DNA of 64,000 nt from an uncultured Gaiellaceae bacterium (lineage in GTDB: Bacteria > Actinomycetota > Thermoleophilia > Gaiellales > Gaiellaceae), in assembly GCA_963787855.1 (NCBI GenBank), contig CAWBER010000010.1, positions 14,066-78,065 of the forward strand. The letters are read 5' to 3'. This document shows, one piece after another, positions 8,732 through 15,021 of the stretch. How positions within the stretch are numbered: position 1 is the first letter of the stretch; the number at the start of each line of letters is the position of its first letter. Position numbers and translations under genes: made by a program. The notes under the pieces are model-generated. The model worked only from the letters and a program-made list of their open reading frames with translations. It did no database searches and was not told the origin of the DNA.

Positions 8732-10293
8732 CGAGCGCTCTCGACGGCCGAGTGCCGCGGCAGGAAGGGCAGATCCAGCCCGTCGAGCGACGATGCGAGA
8801 TCGCCGAGCAGCTCTTGGTCGACGGCCAGAGCGACGACCCGCTCGAGATCGGGCGCGGGCTCTCGATCGGCGCCCAGCGGCTCGACCACAGAGCGCAGAG
8901 CGTCGTAAAGACGCCTCGTTGGCGCGGCGAGCCGCGCTCCCTCCCGCAGGTCGACCGCCTGCGCCGCGACGAGCGCCTCGGCCGCGCTCAGCATCCGCAG
9001 CGGCTCGAGCTGGCCAGCGAGCTTCGCGATCGCGAGAGGGGTCTGCGGCGCAACGTCTTCGACGAAGTCCGAGACCGGCATGGCGTCGAGGCTCGCCGGC
9101 GTCGCGCCGAGCCGCACTTCGGCGACGAGGGAAGCGCACAGCTTCTGCACCGGCACGTAGCCCGCCGACCTGCCACCGACCGGCGAGAGGTACCGCGGCA
9201 GCCCCGTAAGCGCAGGATCGAGCAGGCGCGCGATTCGCTGAAAGGACGCCGCTGCGAGGTGGGCGTTCGCGATCGCGAGCGCATCGAAGACGAATGCGAG
9301 CGCCGGCGTATGGAAGTTCGCGGTCGACAGCATTCGCCCGTCGGAGAGGACGACCGGGCTGTCGGACGTTCCTGCGAGCTCGACTTCGATTTCCCGCCGA
9401 GCCTCCTCGAGTGCCTGGAGCGCGACCCCGACGATCTGCGCCAGACAACGGAAGGACAGCGGGTCCTGGATCCGTCGAGCCGGGGCAGCCTCGAGTGAGC
9501 TGCCTTCGAGCAAACGTCGGAAGAGCGCTGCCGCGTCCTGCTGCCGCGCCGCCGGTCGCAAGGCCGCGATCCGCGCGTCGAAGATCGACACGTTGGCGGC
9601 GAACCCCTCGCAGGCGAGCGCTGCCGCGTGGGCCGAGAAGAGCATGACGCGCGCCGCCTCGACGAGCGTGAGCGCTCCGTGCGCTATCGACACCGAGCTC
9701 GTGTTGCACAGCGCATGACCGTCTCTCGCGACGAGCGCGGCCGGTACGAGCCCGGCAGCCGCGAGTGCCGCAGCGCCCGGAATCCTGCGTCCCTCGCACC
9801 AGGCCTCGCCGCGGCCGATCGCGACCGCGGCCAGGTGAGCCGCGAGGCCGAGATCGCCAGCACCGATCGACCCCCGGCGCGGGATGACCGGCGTCACTCC
9901 GCGCTCGACCATGGCGAGGAGGAGATCCATCAGCGCGGGAGACACGCCTGCACCGCCGCGCGAAAGGCCGATGCAGCGGACGATGAGCGCCGCGCGGCAG
10001 ACGGCTTTGGGCAGCGGCTCGCCGACACCGATCACACGGGCGCGCACCAGCTGCTCCTGGAAGGCCTCGATCGTGTCGCGATCGACACGAAACGCGAGAT
10101 TGGCTCCGAGGCCGGTGTTCAGCCCGTAGACCGGCTCGTCACCGAGCGCATGGCGCTCGACGACGGCATGTGCCTCGACGAGGGCGTCGCGAGCGGGCTC
10201 GGACAGGGCAAGCGTCGCGGGCGCCCGGGCCAGGGCATCGACGTCCTCGATCGTGAAGGGCGCCTCGGCCAGAGTCGCCCTGAGGGAGGTCAC
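8728..10293 (-). CDS. Histidine/aromatic amino-acid ammonia-lyase family protein with a degenerate MIO motif
   Basis: Contains VYGLNTGLGAN, RGSIGAGDLGLAAHLA and ALCNTSS, which follow the HAL/PAL fold signature. The start is placed at GTG 10293 (GAGG 5 nt upstream). The longest ORF would begin at TTG 10353. Confidence 0.75.
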   Translation of the reverse strand: MTSLRATLAEAPFTIEDVDALARAPATLALSEPARDALVEAHAVVERHALGDEPVYGLNTGLGANLAFRVDRDTIEAFQEQLVRARVIGVGEPLPKAVCRAALIVRCIGLSRGGAGVSPALMDLLLAMVERGVTPVIPRRGSIGAGDLGLAAHLAAVAIGRGEAWCEGRRIPGAAALAAAGLVPAALVARDGHALCNTSSVSIAHGALTLVEAARVMLFSAHAAALACEGFAANVSIFDARIAALRPAARQQDAAALFRRLLEGSSLEAAPARRIQDPLSFRCLAQIVGVALQALEEARREIEVELAGTSDSPVVLSDGRMLSTANFHTPALAFVFDALAIANAHLAAASFQRIARLLDPALTGLPRYLSPVGGRSAGYVPVQKLCASLVAEVRLGATPASLDAMPVSDFVEDVAPQTPLAIAKLAGQLEPLRMLSAAEALVAAQAVDLREGARLAAPTRRLYDALRSVVEPLGADREPAPDLERVVALAVDQELLGDLASSLDGLDLPFLPRHSAVESAR

Positions 10294-10528
10294 CCGCGCC
10301 TCAGTCGCGCCCGGCGGCAAGCTGCTTTGCGCTCCAGCTGACCTCCATCGCAAGGACGGAATTCATGGCCCGAGTATCGCGGAACCGCGTGCTACTGAAC
10401 GAACTCGAGAAGCTTGACTTGTCGGCCTCACATCACCCTGTTTGGGGTAGGCGTCGCCCAGCACCAAGCCGATCTCTTCTGGGGTCCGTTCCACCCATCG
10501 ACTGCGGACTGCGGAAGGAGTTGCGGCA

Positions 10529-10927
10529 ATGCTCATGCGGATTCGATCCCGCTTCGGCGGAAGCTCAGAGCAGGGATTCACCCTGATCGAGCTCCTCGTC
10601 GTGATCATCATCATCGGCATCCTGCTGGCCATCGCCGTCCCCTCCTACATCGGGTTCCGCGACCGGGCTGCCAACAACGAGATGAAGGCCAACCTGCGGG
10701 CGGCGCTCCCGGCCGCGCAGGCGTACTACGACGACAACGGCACCTACGTCGGGATGACCCCGGCCGCGCTCGTGGCGATCGACTCGGCCGTCTCGCCCAC
10801 GCTCCGTATTCCGTCGACCGACGCGAGCTCGTACTGCCTCGCCGACACCGACGGCGCCCATCCGTGGAGTGTCACGGGCCCGACCCCCTCGAGCTCGGAC
10901 TTCAAGAACAACCTGACCTGCGGCTAG
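10529..10927 (+). CDS. Type IV pilin-like protein (prepilin N-terminal cleavage/methylation domain)
   Basis: GGAAGGAG lies 8 nt before the ATG. The leader ends in G followed by FTLIELLVVIIIIGILLAIAVPSY. 132 aa. Confidence 0.85.
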   Translation: MLMRIRSRFGGSSEQGFTLIELLVVIIIIGILLAIAVPSYIGFRDRAANNEMKANLRAALPAAQAYYDDNGTYVGMTPAALVAIDSAVSPTLRIPSTDASSYCLADTDGAHPWSVTGPTPSSSDFKNNLTCG

Positions 10928-11336
10928 TCCGCGTCGAAACGAAATCACCGAGAGGAGGCGCGGGAGACCGCGCCTTCTCTCTTGCCGCCATCGCCGAAAG
11001 CGTGACGAGAAGCGCGCAGACCCCCGAGGCCAGCGCGGCCCGTGCGGTCACGCCGAACACCGCGAAGCACGCGACGATCAGCGTCGCGCTGACGAGCTCG
11101 ACCGCCGGGTAGAGCAGCGAGATGTGCGCGTCACAGTGCCGGCAGCGCCCGCGGAGCAGGGCATACGAGAGCAGTGGCACGTTGTCGCGCCGGAGGATCT
11201 CCGTCGCGCAGCTGCCGCACGACGATGGCGGCCGCACGATCGACCGACCCGCCGGAACGCGCGCGGCGACGACGTTCAGGAAGCTCCCGAGCGCAAGCGC
11301 AGGCGCGAGGACCACGGCAGCTGCTGCGACGTCCAT
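10902..11336 (-). pseudogene. Prepilin peptidase (PilD/A24) N-terminal remnant without the peptidase domain
   Basis: LGSFLNVVAARVP...SSCGSCATEILRRDNVPLLSYALLRGRCRHCDAHISLLYPAVEL is the Cys4 N-terminal domain of PilD. The ORF ends after one more TM helix, and its last 30 codons are the antisense of the pilin terminator and pilin 3' end. Confidence 0.6.
10950..10981 (+). terminator. Hairpin downstream of the pilin gene
   Basis: gagaggaggcgcgg-gaga-ccgcgccttctctc: a 14-bp stem with one mismatch, followed by ttg. It starts 23 nt after the pilin stop. Confidence 0.5.
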
Positions 11337-11369
11337 CGCACTCGTGATCGGCCCCCTTCGGGCTCCCCT

Positions 11370-12500
11370 TTAGGCGGCGTGGCGCGCGAGCCGCGAGAGG
11401 AGGCGAAGCGGCGGCTGGGCGAGCCGCGGCGCGTCCCGCGGATGCGCGAGCTCGCCGCGCAGAAGTCCGGACACCGCCTCGAAGACCCCCGGCGCGCGCA
11501 GCGCCCAGACGCACGCGCGCGGGTAGCGATCCGCAGCGCGCTTGGCCTTCCACGACGCGGCGGCGTGGCGATCGAGGGCCGCCGAAAGCGCCGGCTCGTA
11601 CTCCTCCGGGCGCTCGGCCAGGATGGATGCCGAGGCGAGCTTCGCCGAGACGAGCGCCTCGTAGATGCCGTCGCCGGAGAGCGGGTCCACGAGGCCCGCC
11701 GCATCGCCGACGAGCAGGGCGCGGCCACGCGCCGCAGGCGCGCCGAGCTCGCGCATCGGCAGCCGGTGCCCTCGGACCTCGGTCAGCTCGGACGGATCGA
11801 CGCCGTGAGCTCGCGCGAGCCGCTCGAGGTGATCTCGGAGTCGAGGCCCTTCCTCCATCCACCCGCCGACTCCCAGGTTGGCGTGGTCGTCCTTCGGAAA
11901 GACCCATCCGTAGCCGCCGGGAACGACGCCGAGCTCGACCCAGGCGACACTCGCGTAGCGGGTCTGCTCGAGCGCGCTCCAGGGGACGTTTCCCTCGAGC
12001 GCGACCCCTCGGAGGATCCCGGCCCCCAAGCCCGCAGCTCGCGCGACCATGCCGTTCGCACCGTCGGCCCCGACGACGTACGACGCCCGTACGCGTGTCG
12101 ATCCGACCCGAGCGGAGGCTCCGTTGTCATCGAGCTCGAGCTCCGCGACCAGCGTTCCGTCCCGGAAGTCGGCGCCCGCGACCGCTGCCTGCTCGGCGAG
12201 GTGCAGGTCGAGGCGGCGACGCTGAGTCATCGCGACGAGCGGCCCCGGCGCTGTTCGATCGAGCGTCGTCCGGTATGACGCGCGCACCACCATTCGGTCC
12301 ACGACCCGCTCGACGACGGGCTCGACGTCGCAGGGCAGGTGCCGCAGCGCGCGCCCGGTCAGCCCGCCGCCGCACGGCTTGTCGCGCGGAAAACGCGCCT
12401 TGTCGACGAGCAGCACGCCGGCGCCGGCACGAGCCAGGTGCATCGCCGTGGCCGATCCCGCCGGCCCGGCACCGACCACGAGCACGTCGACGCGCTCCAC
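11370..12500 (-). CDS. Geranylgeranyl reductase family FAD-dependent oxidoreductase
   Basis: GTG 12500 gives VERVDVLVVGAGPAGSATA...VDKARFPRDKPCGGGL...GDAAGLVDPLSGDGI. The 944-aa ORF in the track is upstream read-through. Confidence 0.8.
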   Translation of the reverse strand: MERVDVLVVGAGPAGSATAMHLARAGAGVLLVDKARFPRDKPCGGGLTGRALRHLPCDVEPVVERVVDRMVVRASYRTTLDRTAPGPLVAMTQRRRLDLHLAEQAAVAGADFRDGTLVAELELDDNGASARVGSTRVRASYVVGADGANGMVARAAGLGAGILRGVALEGNVPWSALEQTRYASVAWVELGVVPGGYGWVFPKDDHANLGVGGWMEEGPRLRDHLERLARAHGVDPSELTEVRGHRLPMRELGAPAARGRALLVGDAAGLVDPLSGDGIYEALVSAKLASASILAERPEEYEPALSAALDRHAAASWKAKRAADRYPRACVWALRAPGVFEAVSGLLRGELAHPRDAPRLAQPPLRLLSRLARHAA

Positions 12501-12520
12501 CCGGCGATTGTAGGAGTGCG

Positions 12521-14128
12521 CTAGCGCGGCGGGCAGCGCTCGCTCGTCTCGCAGCGGCGGAGCACCGAGATGCGCGGCGCCGCGGTCCTGCCGCCCGGCC
12601 AGGCGAGACGTAGGAGCACCGAGGCCGTGTCGTCCGAGTAGCGGAGCTCGCGCATCGCCCGCTCCGGGTTCGCGCGGTGGACGAGGACGTAGCGCCCGGC
12701 GGGAAGATGCGTCACGTCGAGCTCCTGCCCGTGGAAGAACGCCGGGTACCGGTCGACGTAGCCGACCGACGTGCCCTCGAGGACACCGCGCGCGTCGGGC
12801 TGTCCCGCCCCGCAGTCGCCGACGAAACGCGGCGCACCGGTACCGCGGATGCGGGGCGACGCATGCCCCCAGCGATCGATGAGACAGAAGCCGCTCTTGC
12901 GGTCGCGGACGACCAGCCCGAAGTCGGCGCCGCGACGGAGCTCGTAGCGCACGAACGACTGGAAGTGCCAGTGGAAGTGCGGCGAGTGGAGCTCGAAGTG
13001 GAGCCGCCCGATGTCGCGGACGATCCGGGTCGCCCGGCCGCGCCGCTCGACGAGCTGGTCGGCGATCATCAGCCCACCCGCGCGACGAGCGCCGCGGATC
13101 ACCAGCGGGCCGAGACCGCGGTTCTCCGTCGACGACGCGAAGCCGAGCCGGAAGCTCCGGCCGGACTGGACGACGCGGAGCTCCGACGGCGCGCGCTGGT
13201 CGAGGTCCGGGAGGCGCTCGTCCGGTCTCGGCACGAGCGCGCGACGCGTGTGCGCCCAGTCCGGGTCCGAGAGGCCGTCCGTTCCTTCGACCGGTCGCCC
13301 GGGCCGACCGTCTGCCCCGACCACCCAGAGAGACGTGCGACCGGACGCAACGCGGGCGAACGCGATGCGGCCTCCGCGGGGCGACCAGTCGGGACGTGAG
13401 TCTCGGCCCGGACCGCGCGTGAGCTTCCGTGTGCTCCCATCCGAGAGGTCGAGCAGCCAGACGTCCGGGTTCCCGGCGGATTCGCGCGTGAAGGCGACTC
13501 GCCGACCGCCGGGCGACCATGCCGGCGCCGACGCCCGCCCCGGCGTCTCGACGAGACGCTCCGGCACCCCGCCGGTCGCGGCGACGACCCACAGCTGTCG
13601 CCGGCCGGCGCGATTCGAGGAGAACGCGATGCGCGAGCCGTCGGGCGACCAGGCAGGCTCGGCGTCGTCGCCCGGGCCGCGGACAAGCAGCCGCCGAGCT
13701 CGTCCGTTCGCCTTCGAGACGACCAGGTCGGCCTCGCCCGGAGGTCCGCTCTGCCACACGACCTGGCGGCCGCCCGGAGCCCACGCGGGCCGCCGGTCCG
13801 GCTTTCGGCTGCGAGTCAGGCGCCGCACCTCGCCGGTGCGCGCGTCCGCGACGTACACCTCGGCGTTTCCATCGCGCTCGGAGACGAACGCAATCCTGTC
13901 GCCGTCCGGCGAGACCGCTGGATCCGTGTCTCCGGGGTACAGGAAGGAGAGCTCGACCCTCCACTTCGCGTCGGCGAGCAAGGCCGTGGTCGCCGTCGCG
14001 CCGGTGGCGACGAGCGCCGCGAGCGGGCGCTCCGGCCGTGCGCCGGCGGCCCCCGCAACGCCTCCCCCTCCGGAAAGGAGAGCGGTCGCGAGCCCGACCG
14101 CGAGCACGTATCCCGAACGCCGAGTCAT
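12521..14128 (-). CDS. Secreted TolB-like PD40 beta-propeller fused to a lysyl-oxidase-like copper amine oxidase domain
   Basis: Signal-like N-terminus. At least five repeats of the P(A/D)WSPDG.RIAF type. C-terminal region has HSPHFHWHFQSF (His-x-His-x-His), DRKSGFCLIDR, and GTSVGYVDRYPAFFHGQELDVTHLPAGRYVLVHRANP, matching the LOX catalytic-domain pattern. Confidence 0.75.
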   Translation of the reverse strand: MTRRSGYVLAVGLATALLSGGGGVAGAAGARPERPLAALVATGATATTALLADAKWRVELSFLYPGDTDPAVSPDGDRIAFVSERDGNAEVYVADARTGEVRRLTRSRKPDRRPAWAPGGRQVVWQSGPPGEADLVVSKANGRARRLLVRGPGDDAEPAWSPDGSRIAFSSNRAGRRQLWVVAATGGVPERLVETPGRASAPAWSPGGRRVAFTRESAGNPDVWLLDLSDGSTRKLTRGPGRDSRPDWSPRGGRIAFARVASGRTSLWVVGADGRPGRPVEGTDGLSDPDWAHTRRALVPRPDERLPDLDQRAPSELRVVQSGRSFRLGFASSTENRGLGPLVIRGARRAGGLMIADQLVERRGRATRIVRDIGRLHFELHSPHFHWHFQSFVRYELRRGADFGLVVRDRKSGFCLIDRWGHASPRIRGTGAPRFVGDCGAGQPDARGVLEGTSVGYVDRYPAFFHGQELDVTHLPAGRYVLVHRANPERAMRELRYSDDTASVLLRLAWPGGRTAAPRISVLRRCETSERCPPR

Positions 14129-14182
14129 AGGTCACGGCCCGCACGACGCCGTGGGAGGCCGAGGCTACAATGGCGCGCCCGC

Positions 14183-14264
14183 GCAGGGATTCCCGAGTGG
14201 CCAAAGGGGGCGGGCTGTAAACCCGCTGGCTCAGCCTTCGGAGGTTCGAATCCTCCTCCCTGCA
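14183..14264 (+). tRNA. tRNA-Tyr (anticodon GTA), long variable arm
   Basis: GCAGGGA...TCCCTGC acceptor stem, TTCCCGAGTGGCCAAAGGG D-arm, CTGTAAA anticodon loop, 13-nt variable arm, GGTTCGAATCC T-arm. Nearly collinear with the bacterial tRNA-Tyr consensus. Confidence 0.85.
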
Positions 14265-14396
14265 TCCGGCGGCGGAACCCCTGGTTCCCTCGCCGAGCCC
14301 CTCCTTCCGGGCACCGGACCGCCCAACCTAAGCGGGACCTCCCGTCGGGTAGAGCCTGGCTCCGGTCGCGGAAGCGGGGCTACACTCCGGCCTCCT

Positions 14397-14469
14397 GCCC
14401 TCTTAGCTCAGTCGGTAGAGCACCTCCATGGTAAGGAGGGGGTCGACGGTTCGAGTCCGTCAGAGGGCT
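14397..14469 (+). tRNA. tRNA-Thr (anticodon GGT)
   Basis: GCCCTCT/AGAGGGC acceptor stem, TAGCTCAGTCGGTAGAGCA D-arm, CCTCC-ATGGTAA-GGAGG anticodon arm, GGTTCGAGTCC T-loop. Confidence 0.9.
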
Positions 14470-14471
14470 TG
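14427..14471 (+). repeat. att-like direct repeat copy 1 (3' half of tRNA-Thr, from the anticodon loop to 2 nt past the gene)
   Basis: catggtaaggagggggtcgacggttcgagtccgtcagagggcttg. Identical 45-mer at 22419-22463; 46-mer with one extra c at 24448-24493. Confidence 0.85.
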
Positions 14472-14876
14472 CATAAAAGCCCTGTAAATGGGCATGTGGT
14501 GTTGCCTGCGATGGCGAGATTTTGATGTCTCCGCGGGTACGAGACGGGTACATTTTGGGACTGGCGGGCACTCGCGGGCACGCGCGACGTCTCGCGACAC
14601 GGTCCTCGAACGTGCTCGAGACGCTCACTCGCGACCTTCGTCTTCGAAAACTCCTGCAAACAAGCGGACTAATGTTGCCTGTGCTGGCGCCCCGATGACT
14701 CCCTCCTTCGCCAGAGAGGGGGTCAGTGAGCTCTGTGGGAAGATCGGCGAGCGCGCTTCCGCAGGACGAATTTGGTGTGTCGCGGCCGTGACAGATGCTC
14801 CGTTGGGCGCGCGAACGACGGCCGTCCTCCGCCTCCTTACGCTCCTGTCAATGTCATCGATCGAAAGGAGCACACG

Positions 14877-14969
14877 ATGAAGGCTCGTCTTATCACCGTC
14901 TTCTTCACCATGATCGCTGTGGCCGCGGCGCTCGCCCCGATTGCCGAAGCCGGACGTTGGGGCGGTTGA
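14877..14969 (+). CDS. Candidate 30-aa hydrophobic small protein
   Basis: AAAGGAG lies 7 nt before the ATG. It encodes MKARLITVFFTMIAVAAALAPIAEAGRWGG: one TM or signal-like helix and nothing else. No family recognised. Confidence 0.3.
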   Translation: MKARLITVFFTMIAVAAALAPIAEAGRWGG

Positions 14970-15021
14970 GGTCTCGAGTCGGCCGGCCATCGAGAGGGAG
15001 GCCGCCGGCCGCGTCCCTCTC

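Noticed and set aside
10405-10450. Possible promoter (TTGACT ... 17 nt ...) upstream of the pilin gene.
   Set aside because: The -10 candidate (CCTGTT) is poor. In a GC-rich actinobacterial context I cannot distinguish it from chance.
11370-14204. A 944-aa ORF suggesting one giant minus-strand protein.
   Set aside because: Only the last 377 codons (from GTG 12500) look like a protein, the geranylgeranyl-reductase family enzyme. The upstream part is an out-of-frame shadow of the TolB/LOX gene, which has its own frame (12521..14128).
14380-14628. ORFs 14380..14628-, 22366..22806- and 24251..24562- sharing the peptide LTDSNRRPPPYH.
   Set aside because: The shared peptide is simply the reverse-strand translation of the tRNA-Thr 3' half and its two copies. 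These are not a protein family.
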